From NCBI RefSeq assembly GCF_006345805.1, contig NW_021829926.1, forward strand, positions 1-34,901: 34,901 nt of DNA. The letters are read 5' to 3'. A model generated the notes under the pieces. That model saw nothing but the letters and a program-made list of their open reading frames with translations. It did not search any database and had not been told where the DNA came from. Source of the stretch: Octopus sinensis (lineage: Eukaryota). The translations under genes and the position numbers were made by a program. Positions 11,752 through 23,557 of this stretch are shown here, in pieces. Numbering within the stretch: the stretch's first letter is position 1; every line of letters starts with the position of its first letter.

Positions 11752-11810
11752 ATACATATATATATGTATGTATTTATATATGTATATGTATATATATGTA
11801 TATATATATG

Positions 11811-11855
<45 letters not shown>

Positions 11856-11858
11856 TAT
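11346..11858. repeat. ~510-bp (TA)n/(TATG)n microsatellite
   Basis: Read directly from the sequence. Confidence 0.95.
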
Positions 11859-12405
11859 AAGAGAGTGGTCACTATATGATCACTCTAGCACCAGTTAATC
11901 CAAAAGGTTTCAACCACGAAAATACATGTTTCCCATGAAAGCCAAGTACGACTGTTAGCTCACACGGACAGGGCAAATAAAAAATAACAAAATACAGATT
12001 ATTTTGGGACAGGCATACACATGCATAACGATGTGTATCTGTGTGTATGCGTGTGTGAATATGTCTTTCCAACTTCGTGTTTACGCGTTGATGTGCTTGA
12101 CACGATATAGACAAAAAACCTAGATAATTCGCAGTCAAAATGATAATTTAGTCGATCAGTAAAATATAGATTAATGCAGAAGTACCAGACTGCGATAAGT
12201 AGAGGCGTCTTGTAAGAATTATAAAATAAAACTTTGAACATTGTGCTCGAGCTTTTCTGCACAATGGTGACTAAAATTAGCGGAAGCATAAAACTATAAG
12301 TATGTGCGTTTGTTTGTGCATACATCACACATATACACATACACACAAACACACACACACACACACACACACGTACACACACCTATGGATGTGTATGTAT
12401 GTATG

Positions 12406-12454
<49 letters not shown>

Positions 12455-12612
12455 ATATATATGTATGTATATCCATTGTCGTTAGTCCGACAAAATTATT
12501 TTGTTTCGCTTATATGGTTAGGTACATAACGCAGGTTCTTTGAACATTTCTCCCACTAGGATATATATATGTGTGTTTGTGTGCGTGTGTGCGTGTGTGT
12601 GTGTGTGTGTGT

Positions 12613-12656
<44 letters not shown>

Positions 12657-13454
12657 ACAAACATATGCATATACAAGCACGCAAACATACGTACGTATAT
12701 GACTGTGTATCTTTCAGAGAGTGAAAGGTTTTGCCATTGTTATGTTTGTCACAAATCTGATGATTGCAGTTTTTTTTAAAGTTAGGTGTTCAAATTATTA
12801 TCCCAGCTATTTTGATTTACTTTGCTGCATTGTGTTTAATGAGACCAGATTGGTCTCATTTCATTCATCTCAACACAAATTGTGCTTGAAAGGAACTAAG
12901 AGAAACCTTGTTCTGTGTAATCCCGACTACTCAGTGTTTCGTGATATCGTGAGGATTTGTGGTCACATTGCGTAATCGTTGCAGTGAATTAGGAAGCATC
13001 GCACCTCAATCTATTTTCCTTTTAATTCAGAGGATTGGTTGCAGGCTGAATATTTGTTTTAATACGACGAAAAAAGAAATGAAAAATAACTTGAAGTAGC
13101 ATATGTACAATACATTTTGTTTTGTCAGATGTATTGAAACCATTTCCATGGAATAGATATAAAAAAAAAATAAAACAGAAATAGAAACAACGATGGTACC
13201 TCTTCGTTTGATCCTGATCTGGTACTCTTGCACATTTGAATCTCCTTCAAATACGAAAAGCTTACACTCGATAAAATAGAAACAGAATAGTCATACCTAG
13301 GAGGCTTTTGATCATAGCTTTGGTCGATCGCGCCTAAACAACAACGATAGACACACACACACAACCCTACCTAAATGCCCCCAATGTTTCCACCTACACT
13401 GATGTGGCTCTTGCTTCCTCATCCTTTACCGGTATGCTCTCAATTGTGATTCTT

Positions 13455-13645
13455 TCAGCACCAGGCTAGACATTTAAGGCAAAGAGTAGACGATTATATC
13501 GAACCAAGAACCTATCCGGTATTGATTTCATCGACCCAAGAATAATAAATGGTAAAAATGACTTCGATGAAATTCGAACTCAGTTCACACAGTGACCTAA
13601 CTAAATACCGTAATTCGTTTGCCCATTGTTAGATAACAATTCTAA
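13455..13645 (-). mobile_element. Old SINE family B copy
   Basis: Diverged CGATTATATCGA...ATCGACCC...TTCGAACTCAG...AAATACCG, in the same order as 2287-2518. Confidence 0.65.
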
Positions 13646-14667
13646 CTATAAAATACCAGAATCGATAATTATTTTGCAACCGCATAACTGTGAACTAAAA
13701 TACCGCTGGAGAAACTATGTCACTCATAGACGTTACAATTGACTTTAGCTAGAAAAAGAACCAACGATGCTATGTTGCTCTGTGTAACACACGCGAGCTC
13801 CAGCAGGCTATGTTATTCTATTTTAAAGTCCTTCCTTTTATTTCACTTAAGCGAGCTGGTAACCGGTGATCTAGAGTACACTAATTTCGGGATATGAAGC
13901 AAAATATTCAGTGATACGTATCCCTCTTATGGATTACGAAAAGCAAAATCAAAAAATTTTTCAGGCGGTTTTTATCTTTTTCCCTTTTCGCCCCCTTCTT
14001 TTGTCTAAGATCTTATACTTTCTATACTTTCTTTTACAGAAATGTTTTGAGAAATTTATTTCATTTCCAAATTGATAATTTAAATGAATAATTAATTTAG
14101 ATTGGGTTAAATGGCATCGTTTTAATGACATCCAAACTTTAAAAAATAATTCTCATAAATTGAAGCTAAATATAATCTATAATTCTTTTTTTCTTCTCTT
14201 TGTACTGGTTAATGAAGAGGTTGAAGGTGTCACACGCAGAGCAACAATTAAAAGAATTACCGAATTTTCTTCATAAAACCTGTATGAATTTTGACAAATT
14301 GTTCAAGAGATCGCACGCATAAAACAAATGTGTATGAGAGTACTTTAAGTCTAATACACAAAATTATGTGTGTGTAATGGTGTTGAATTACGCCCCGCTT
14401 TTCTCTTTTTGAATTTAATTTTGTTGTAGAGCAACTGATTATTCATGATCGATATCAAACCAAAGATAAAATTTTAAAATAACACGTTCTAAAGTGAACG
14501 CTTAAAGGTTTCACCACGATCTATAAACAAGAGATTGACTTTACACCTCACCGTTCACTGTAGAAATAGACGCCACAAGCCCTATTACCACCTTAAAATC
14601 TCCGAGATTAACACATTATATTGTAGGCGAGCAAAAGAAAAATAATGAATCAACAACTTTTCGGTTA

Positions 14668-14736
14668 ACTGCGTACAAGATCCTGTTTCAAGCTTAAAGT
14701 AAAAACATATTACTCATTGCTCTCATCAGCGACAGT
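14668..14736 (-). ncRNA. Type I hammerhead ribozyme
   Basis: Minus strand: ACUGUCG-CUGAUGA-GAGC..AGUAA..UUACU..GCUU-GAA-ACAG(GAUC)UUGU-A-CGCAGU. All three stems form. The GUA triplet predicts a cut between 14674 and 14673. Confidence 0.82.
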
Positions 14737-14949
14737 ATTCCATAGCATAAATTTACGAATATCTCAAAATATGCATGCGAGCTGCGACGTCGCGTAAACA
14801 TTATCCATCCACACTCGTAGAAATATACTGCACAGAAGAATTCACATCTTTCTTTTATACCCACGTGTAGTGTGTCAAGATCTAGGCGACAGTTCATATA
14901 GTTTCGATCAGGGAGTAAATATTTCAAATATCAATTATAATAAAAGGTA

Positions 14950-16190
14950 AAAATCATTAATAATTTTACCCTAAACCTCTAAAATCATTAATAATTTTAC
15001 TCTAAACCTATCTATCACACTCGAAAACGCTCACAAAACTGCTAACCTTCTTGACGCAACTTTAAACTTATCAATCTCCCAATACTCTCCGTACCACAAA
15101 CCTAACCAATATCTTAAATAGCTTAACATTCACTCCAGTTACCACAAATCCACTTTCGATAACATAATTAAGGGCATCTCAACCCGCACATCCGACCTCT
15201 CTTCCACTGAGTAAATTTTCAATAATCCCGCACCATATTATTATCAAACACTCGCCACTAGCAGCTTTTCCCAACAAATAGAATACATCCATAACACCAG
15301 GCTCAAAAAATACATATCACAAATCACATCTCAAACACGCACCAACCATCATAATCGCAACCAACCACACACATTCGTCGATGGAACTCTGGAAGGATTT
15401 AAACATAGGCTACCTAGACTACCCCCCCACACACACTTTCATTTAACACTATGTGAAAAACGAAAGCAGCAACAGGCCTCACCACTCATATATTCTCCAA
15501 CAATATAGATAGCACTCCTTTATCGAAAAACTTACATAGTGCTGCTCCCAGATCCCCTAAAAAAGCAGCAGACGCTCTATTCTGTGGTACGCACCCCCAT
15601 GCTCACTTAACGTTAAGAACTTAGCTAAATCCTTCTTTAAAATACTAGACTCTAACTTCCCTCGGCAACATAAATATCATTCTATCTTTAATTGATCCAC
15701 TCTGAAACTATCTTCTACCCCACCCAACTTCGAATCTATTGTAGCAGCCTCTAATAAGCAAAAGCTTTCTCTTTGCTCTCAAAACTCACATAATTACAAC
15801 TCTAGTCATACGAACACTCAACACACACACAGCTCCAGCACAGATACCCTTACATTAGACCATAACCACAGCTCAACCCATCCTACTGACACTGTCCGGA
15901 ACACCATCACAATCTCTACCACCCTTAATAGTAATAATAACAACAATGTTAATGATAACGTTAATAATACTAATAATCTAAAATCTTCTATCCCCTTCTC
16001 TAACCTCTCCTCTGACGCTATTACCTCCGCTATTCCTGAACACATTCCCCAAAATTCACCAAACTGTAATTGCCGTGTGGAACCACCTGCCCGTTACAAA
16101 TCTATTGCAGAATAATAATGTAATTTACAAATGCACTGTCCTTAATCTATTACACAACTCTACAGTCATATACATAGGATCAACCATAAG
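14950..16190 (+). mobile_element. Decayed Penelope-like retroelement (Naiad-type): RT C-terminus/thumb, linker and start of GIY-YIG endonuclease
   Basis: Manual translation gives LSITLENAHKTANLLDATLNL..YSPYHKPN (from 15008), ILWYAPPCSLNVKNLAKSFFKILDSNFPRQHKYHSIFN*STLKLS (~15580-15715) and CNCR..TCPL..C..NVIYKCTV...IYIGST (~16065-16185). It contains stops and frameshifts. Confidence 0.88.
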
Positions 16191-17179
16191 TATGAAAAAC
16201 ACCAGGTTGACCTACTAACATGAGAGTTTACTGAGGACATCCCTGCTACAGTGAAAACAAGCTGAGAAACAAAACCCCTCGTCGATCACGCATGTGAGCT
16301 ATTGTAATACAGCTGACTACATACCAAAGCCAAAGGAAGGGGGAAAATATTTATAATAAGGTTTCAGGCTTAAAGTCTTGCTTTGAAAGTGGAGTGAAAG
16401 GTAATTCACCTACGAGAAAATAAGAAGAACATAGAAAATGAAGAGCATTGGATATTTCTACATAGTAGTCCAATATCATGGCATGAAGGCTCTTGAGATT
16501 GAGGCTAAGTTGAGACAAGGACTAACTTTCATTGGCAAAAGAGTTAGCGGAAAGTTTATGTTTATTCTTAGGAACTTGGTCCCTTGCCTGAGCTGTTACA
16601 GCAACTCCCAGTGTATGGAAAAAACGTAAGCAATACTGGAAAGACTCGGAAGTTACGTGAGTAGTCTGACGGACCTCCATCCTTTTGAGTTATTGTGCTG
16701 TATAGTGCAATAGGAGAACTTTAGCCGTGGTAATCTTCGGTTGCGAAGGAATTGAAAGATTCAAGAAGCCCGATACCACATGATGCTTCGGGATTCGACA
16801 TCTCTTGGTGTTAACGTGCCCCAACTAACAGAGTTGACAGGAAGAGAAAAGACAGTGAGAAAGGTGGTGAGCTACCGCCATTTCCACCACATCATTTAAT
16901 TTAATTAAATGATCTATGCCGGTTTGATTAGAACATGCGAGAATATGATTACTTTCAATTCTAAAACCATTATGAAGACAAGTGGTTTTCATGCGATATT
17001 CTATAAAAAGCAAACCACAAAGAAAGCCAACACACACGCATACACGCACACGTACACACACATACATGGGTACACACATGCACAGACACACATATGCACA
17101 CTTGCATATACACATGAACATAGATGGGTATGTATATGTATAAAACCTTGTACGCTTATATGAGTGTATGTACCGATAT

Positions 17180-17352
17180 TTGTGCGCACACACACATACG
17201 CACACGCACACACACACACACAAACATGCACACGCACACACACACACGCACACGCACACGCACGCACACACATGCAAACGCATGCACGCACACACGCACA
17301 CGCACGCACACACATGCACACGCACACACACACACGCACACGCACACACACA
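17180..17352. repeat. (CA)/(CACG) alternating purine-pyrimidine microsatellite
   Basis: Read directly from the sequence. Confidence 0.92.
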
Positions 17353-18046
17353 TATATACATTCATATAATGCAATATATATTCAGTGATTCTGTGAGTTC
17401 ATGGAGGGGTGTCTGTAGAAGGTGTTGCTATATGTGTGTGGGGTGTGTGTGAGTATGTATGTGTATGTGTGTGTGTGTGTGTATCTGGCTATGCATGTGT
17501 ATGTATCTGTGTGTTTATCCATATATGTGCATGCTATAAAAATCATCTGCTTGTTCATTATAATTTCGTTTGAAATAATGACAAAGACACCACTTCGAAA
17601 TACATTTAGCTTCTTTTTTTTTTCTTCCTAAAGCCTGTTAAAATCTGATGTTGAGAATAGCTATCACATCTTGATTACATCATATCAATAGGAGACGAGT
17701 GACAAGGAAAGATTATAAAAATAATCTTAGAATCGGAAGAAGATATGATTTAACGATTAGTCACTCTCTTATCCCAATTCATATTTGCGTAGCATTTTTC
17801 TTTCTTTCTTTTACGTTTTGTTATCGAAAGAAAGTTGGATATTTGAGGCTGGAAACAAGTTTCTAAACGCATGTCAAACATAGCGATGGCTTTTGTATAT
17901 CATGAATAATAAGGGCTTATAAATTTATTGTTATATCAGTAGATTGATAGATCTATGCTCACAAACATGTTTCGGTGAGGTCTTGGTTATGTCCGTTAAA
18001 ACAAACTGATGAACATACGTAAAAACACATTCTTGCATATATTATA

Positions 18047-18445
18047 CTAGCAGTATCGCCCGGCGTTGCTCGGGTTTGTAAGGGAAATAACTATATAAGC
18101 ATTTTTAGAGATGTAAAGTATAATAGCCATCTCAATATGGCTAACCACAAAGGGGGTGGGGTGTTACTGTAGCTTTTTACGTTCTGAGATTTAATAATAA
18201 ATTTTTAGAGAGTTACTTCCCTTATATATGCCAAAAATGCATTAAAAATGGGAAAAATTGATGGTAATTTTTTTTTTAAATCGTAGACTCATCGTAGACG
18301 CGCGCTAATACGCAGAAGGGCTCGATATGAATCACGGCTATAAGATACCCGGTTTTGGTTAAACTGCACCACAAAATGTGGGAGTAGTTAGGAATCTAAA
18401 TCGTAGGAGACAGACAGCACACAACCTCACTTTTATATATAAAGA
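18047..18445 (-). mobile_element. Non-autonomous Helitron
   Basis: The minus strand starts TCTTTATATATAAAAG and ends with the hairpin CCCG-AGCAACGC-CGGG followed by CGATACTG-CTAG. It is inserted between A and T with no TSD. Confidence 0.88.
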
Positions 18446-18516
18446 TATACTCTACTTTATATGCATAGATACATAAAAAAGAACATACATGCATACGTAT
18501 GTTTGTGTAGGGGATT

Positions 18517-18762
18517 AGGTGCGTGCCCTAGTGGTTAGGCTATTGCAGTGATGATCGTAAAATCGTGGGTTCCATTCGTGTACTGGGTGAAGAGTTGTGT
18601 CCTTGACCAAAACATTTCATTTTGGCGTTGCTCCAGTCCATTCAGCAGGTAAAAATGAGTAAGTAATCCTTCGACAGATCAGCATCCTGTCCAGCCGAAA
18701 AATATATACACCACACGGAATCCGGAGACCGACCTTATTTGCTCATGGCTCGCGAAGGAACA
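18517..18762 (+). mobile_element. tRNA-derived SINE (family C-related), diverged
   Basis: Head GTGCGTGCCCTAGTGGTTAGG..GGGTTCCATTC, then GTTGTGTCCTTGACCAAAACATTTCA..GTTGCTCCAGTCCA.TCAGC. Confidence 0.75.
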
Positions 18763-19251
18763 CTATGTTATATTAAATTCCTACTTTTATTTACAATATT
18801 AACATATTTATTTACGATATTAACAGGCGTAGGAGAGGCTGTGTGGTAAGTAGCTTGCTTACCAACCACATGCTTCCGGGTTCAGTCCCACTGCGTGGCA
18901 CCTTGGGCAAGTGTCTTCTACTATAGCCTCGGGTCGACCTTGTGAGTGGATTTGGTAGACGGAAACTGAAAGAAGCCCGTCGTATATATGTGTATATATA
19001 TATATATATATAACTATTTATATATATATATATATATATTATGTGAAATAGAAAGATGAATAATCTTGTAGTAGATTAATCAAAAGTTTAACCGATACCT
19101 TAGTAGCAAAAATCACAGCAGTAAACAGCACGGTTGGAGGTACAACCATCTGGCGTAGCAACCGTGCGTTGGTGCGGATAATTGAAATTAAAACATTATT
19201 GGTGAATTGAAGAAATGGAGCTGAACGCAGATTGAACAGAAATCGTTTTAT

Positions 19252-19337
19252 TTCATTCTACACGTGTTTCGAAAGGCACAAATACCAAAATCCGATTGAA
19301 TAATGGGACCATATTGTGTCTTTCTCTTCAGGAAGAA
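19252..19337 (-). ncRNA. Type I hammerhead ribozyme (left arm of palindrome)
   Basis: Reverse complement of 19448-19534. Confidence 0.85.
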
Positions 19338-19447
19338 AAAAGAAATCCGTTGGAAAAACAAAAACAGAACAGATGCGGAGCAAAAACAAATCGATTTGTT
19401 TTTGCTCCGCATCTGTTCTGTTTTTGTTTTCCAACGGATTTCCTTTT

Positions 19448-19534
19448 TTCTTCCTGAAGAGAAAGACACAATATGGTCCCATTATTCAATCGGATTTTGG
19501 TAATTTGTGCCTTTCGAAACACGTGTAGAATGAA
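19448..19534 (+). ncRNA. Type I hammerhead ribozyme (right arm of palindrome)
   Basis: UUCUUC-CUGAAGA(19454-60)-GAAAGaCACAA..UUGUGcCUUUC-GAA-ACACGUGU-A(19527)-GAAuGAA. Stem II pairs 10 of 11 positions, stem III is palindromic and the cleavage triplet is GUA. Confidence 0.87.
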
Positions 19535-21537
19535 ATAAAACGATTTCTGTTCAATCTGCGTTCAGCTCCATTTCTTCAATTCACCAATAATGTTTTATAT
19601 ATATATATATATATTATATATATATATATATATGTGTGTGTGTATGTTTGTGTGTTGTATTTGTTCCCCATAACATCGCTTGACAACCGATGCTGGTGTG
19701 TTTATGTCCCCGTAACTTAGCGGTTCGGCAAAAAGAGAACCGATAGAATAAGTACTAGGCTTACAAAGAATAAGTCCTGGGGTCGATTTGCTCGACTAAA
19801 GGCGGTGCTCCAGCATGGCCTCAGTCAAATGACTGAAACAAGTAAAAGAGTAAAAGAGTATATATTTATAAGCTGTTATAAAATTTAGCTTACATTTACG
19901 ATAAGGTTACAAAGATAATAGATGTGATATAGGGGAATACATCTGTGACCACGTTGTAGATAGAAGCACGGTGAACATTTTTAGCGATTCATAGTGTATA
20001 GAACTATTCGGAAATGGAGCAATCAATAGGATACATGTATTTTAAGTAGCTGATATTTAGTAGCAAAATTGATCTGACATAAATATACTGTACTATAACG
20101 ATATAGAGGTGGCTTTTGTCACTACATGTGCAATCGCTTTATATTTTCTTTGTTTAAAATAGAATTATTTAAATTTTCAAAGAATTCTTTCTTGTAATTA
20201 GTTTTCAGAAGTATCTAGCTATTTTTATACTAACTCCAGTTTCCAGTTTCTTTTTTGGTTTTTGTACCAAAATGCCTAATAAATAGTTAAATAAGGCCTT
20301 ACACATATTGTAAAGTGGTGATCAATGGGGATAGTAGAATATCACTTGTTAGTAGAGTATCCAGGCCTAGACTGGATCGGTCTAGTTTATATATGCATGT
20401 TCGAATATATCTCGAAGCACACACACATAAAGCTGATAACGACAGACTGTAGAAATTGAGCTGAAAATCCCTCTTGGATAGAAAAAGAAGGAGGCTGTCT
20501 TTCTATTGAAAATGTGTTTCAACTCAGTATTTACACGTATTTGCTTATAGCTTTATGTGTGTGCTTCGAAATATACTATTCCAAAATCAAATACGTTATG
20601 CTCTCCTAGAAGTTAAGAAAATTCTTGTGACGTCAACTGTATATGTTTTTGTGTACTTATGTATGTATGTGTGCATTTGTGTGTGGTGTGTATGTATGTA
20701 CGTACGTGTATGTATGTACGTACGTGTATGTACGGGTGTGTGAATGTGTTTTCTGAAGGACTGAGAAGAATTCTGTAGTTCTAATACTTTATTACATTCA
20801 TGATTGCAGAATGAATTCTTTGCAAAAAGCGATGGCGTTTGTTTACATTTAAGGTATTTCTGTGCCGAAGAAAGAATCAATATTTAATAAGATAAAAATG
20901 TAAAAAAAACATAGGGTGCTGAACAATGTATAAGGAATACCCCCGTAAGATGTCAACCCGGGGAGAAGGAAAGTAAATTAAACAGATGATTTAGAAAGAT
21001 CGCAAATGAAAAGATAGGGGATGCAGACAAGTTACAAGAAGCGATGATGAAATAAAATATATGTTAACGCACGGAGCGCACGGAGATGTAAAAAGACTTA
21101 AACCGTATATGTGGTTATCAAACATAGCCACAACAAACTAATTCATTTGGAAAATATAAATAAGCGTAAAGAGAGCGGAACGGAGAAAATATAAACATTG
21201 AGTTTGACAAAGAAGTCAGTAAAGTTTCAGAACATGAGAGTTTGAGTAAATGAGGAAATGATTTTGAAGTATATTCTGCCAGTTTAATAATAATAAGTAT
21301 GGAGATGTAATTATTAAACATGGCTCCCGCTGAACCACAAGCAACGCTGTAACCAATGAGAAAGCTTTATTTAGGCTTGCGATATGGTTCAGGCATTTTT
21401 AGCTGTATTCTCTATTTAACGTGAGCTTAAATGTAATTTGTTGGATATTATTAGAGATGAAGGAAAAAAAATAAAACAAAATGGAAAGAAAAATGAACTA
21501 TAAATGAAACACAAATAAAAATCAATTATGTGAAAGA

Positions 21538-21549
21538 ATAATAATAATG

Positions 21550-21583
<34 letters not shown>

Positions 21584-21877
21584 GAGAAGAGAAGAAGAAG
21601 AAGAAGAAGAAGAAGAAGAAAAGAAGAAGAAGAAAAAATAGAAGAGGAAAAGAAGAAGAAGAAGAAGAAGAAGAAGAAAAGAAGAAGAAGAAAAAATAGA
21701 AGAGGAAAAGAAGAAAAAGAAGAAGAAGAAGAAGAAGAAATAGAAGACGAAGAAGAAGAAGAAGAAGAAGAAGCCGAAGAAGAAGAAGTAGAAAAGAAGA
21801 AGAAGAAGAAAAGAAGAAGAAGAAGAAAAGAAGAAGAAGAAGAAAAGAAGAAGAAGAAGGAGAAGGAGGAAGAGAAG
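21538..21877. repeat. (AAT)n followed by a ~295-bp (GAA)n purine tract
   Basis: Read directly from the sequence. Confidence 0.95.
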
Positions 21878-22439
21878 TAGTACAAAAATAAATAAAGTGA
21901 AGGGTGTTGCTGAAGCTCTAGTTTATATTTGTTGACCGGTCATTGAGCAAAAAGTAGTGAATGCCGAAATTGTTGAAATTTATCTTTGTAGACGATGTGT
22001 GTAACTAGCTCATTGATTGACGTCTAATGAATTAACCAGCCAAAGAGATGATGTGTCAGAATCTCAACTTTACACTGTATTGAAAAGTTAGATTATCAGA
22101 AAAGAAAGAAAGAGTAGCATTGAACTAAACAAAGGGTAAAGGAATTAAATGAATGGACATGTGTGGATTCGCTTCAGTAATACCGGATATACAATCTGAG
22201 ATCCCTTTCCAGTGACTACATAGCGTTAAAATTGCTTGAGAAGTATTAAATATAAGCCAATAGGTACTAAACATAACCGTAAACATATAGCGCCTTAAAT
22301 TAAAATACGGGATGTATCAAATTATTTTACTTTTTCTCCCGCTATTTGTTTTTTATTTTCTTTTTCGCAATTTATTGAGAAATTCGGTATATGCATTTAA
22401 ATTGTAAACATAGGGAATTTTGAAGATATTTAAAAATCA

Positions 22440-22868
22440 GGATCTTTTCGTTTTGAACGGCAGTTTTTAACATAATTTCTAGGTAACTAAAAAGTTTTAA
22501 ACTTCGTATACTGGTAGAATGTGTTTATAAAACATCTTTTTCTCTTGGCTTTATTGAGAAAATTCTGTAGTTTGTAAGATATTTGTTGTTTCTTTTCTTC
22601 AATTCCTGCAATTTCAACCAATCAATTACGTCCATTGAGGTAAAAAACATTCTGTGCCGTATGAATATGTCCCTCGTTTAAGAAACAGATTGGGTTTATT
22701 TAAATTTGTGAAGAAAAAAAGATATCCTTCCCTCCAACCCTAACCCTAACCCTAACCCTAACCCTAAAACAGATTAAAATGCAATAGATCGATACTAGGG
22801 TGATAATTATGGGTGACAATTTCATATGACACCGCTAGAAAAAACTGCCGTTCAAACCGAAAAGATCC
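22440..22868. mobile_element. Non-autonomous inverted-repeat element (MITE-like) with internal (CCCTAA)5
   Basis: 29-bp TIRs GGATCTTTTCG(T/G)TTTGAACGGCAGTTTTT with one mismatch. Telomeric hexamers at 22738-22767. Confidence 0.85.
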
Positions 22869-23557
22869 AAAAGTTGTATTAATTTTTCGGTAATTCATTC
22901 AAAAGAAATATGTCCGATTAGTGCGGATGATGTATGTTGAAATTAGTCCGCAGTATACGAAAATAGACATACACGGAAGATCTATATCTAGACATAATGT
23001 TAAATTTTCTGGTACGCATTACAGAAAAAGAAAAGACCGCAGGAAAATCGTCATGAACGAAGAAGAAATAATTGACTTTCTCATAGTTTTTATATCATGT
23101 TTTTTTATTGACTTACATCAGCATAAACAATATATAATTATATGATTTTACAGAGAGTCGTTTTTAAATATTATAAAATGAATGTTAATTCCGATTAATA
23201 TATATTTTCAACTAGTCATTTCTGACTTGCAATGTCATCTCTGCATTGAAGTCTGCATCTGTTTCCATCTCCGGTTACTTGTAAAATTCTAACGATATTA
23301 TCGAGTTCTTTATTTATCTTGTACTCTGCCTTGTACCTCAGTTTCCTCACACTCATGTTCCTCGTCTTAATTCTAACGGTGTTCATTAATGAACCCCACA
23401 TTATATGATTCAGGAAGTTCGCTGACATTACTGCCGTTTATTTGGGATATTCGGAGGAGTCAAACAAATTGGGTAATTTCTGGGTTGAAATTTAAGTACC
23501 ATGTTATAGCCCTTGTTTTAGAGTACCGTAGAGATTACTATATTTTACAATATAGTA

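Larger units (their letters stand above)
19189..19597. repeat. Spacerless 409-bp palindrome (centre 19392/19393) with a unique extension at 19041-19188
   Basis: TAAAACATTATTGGTG...CAAATC|GATTTG...CACCAATAATGTTTTA. The arms differ only by a few 1-nt indels. Confidence 0.97.
18825..19860 (+). mobile_element. SINE family A (head 18825-18985, tail ~19635-19860) interrupted in its central TA tract by a 560-bp insert
   Basis: Both halves are colinear with 5673-6075. Confidence 0.92.

Noticed and set aside
11915-11965. Minus-strand GAAACAUGUA (also GAAACAUGUU near 17965)
   Set aside because: Only the 3' half of a hammerhead; no CUGANGA box at a suitable distance.
12239-12266. Inverted Sox-like sites CATTGTGC...GCACAATG or a miRNA hairpin
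   Set aside because: An 8-bp stem is too short for a pre-miRNA and is expected by chance in 35 kb.
15693-15695. In-frame TGA in the first Naiad fragment as selenocysteine
   Set aside because: It falls at the Arg position of IFNRxT, consistent with CGA-to-TGA CpG decay rather than a Cys site.
16231-16262. CTGAGGA...GAAAAC after the Naiad fragment
   Set aside because: No convincing stems I to III.
19258-19528. Mirror-image ORFs MGPYCVFLFRKK on both strands
   Set aside because: A by-product of the palindrome; short, frameshifted between arms and without domain similarity.
22738-22767. True telomere or chromosome fusion site
   Set aside because: Only five units, lying inside a TIR element.
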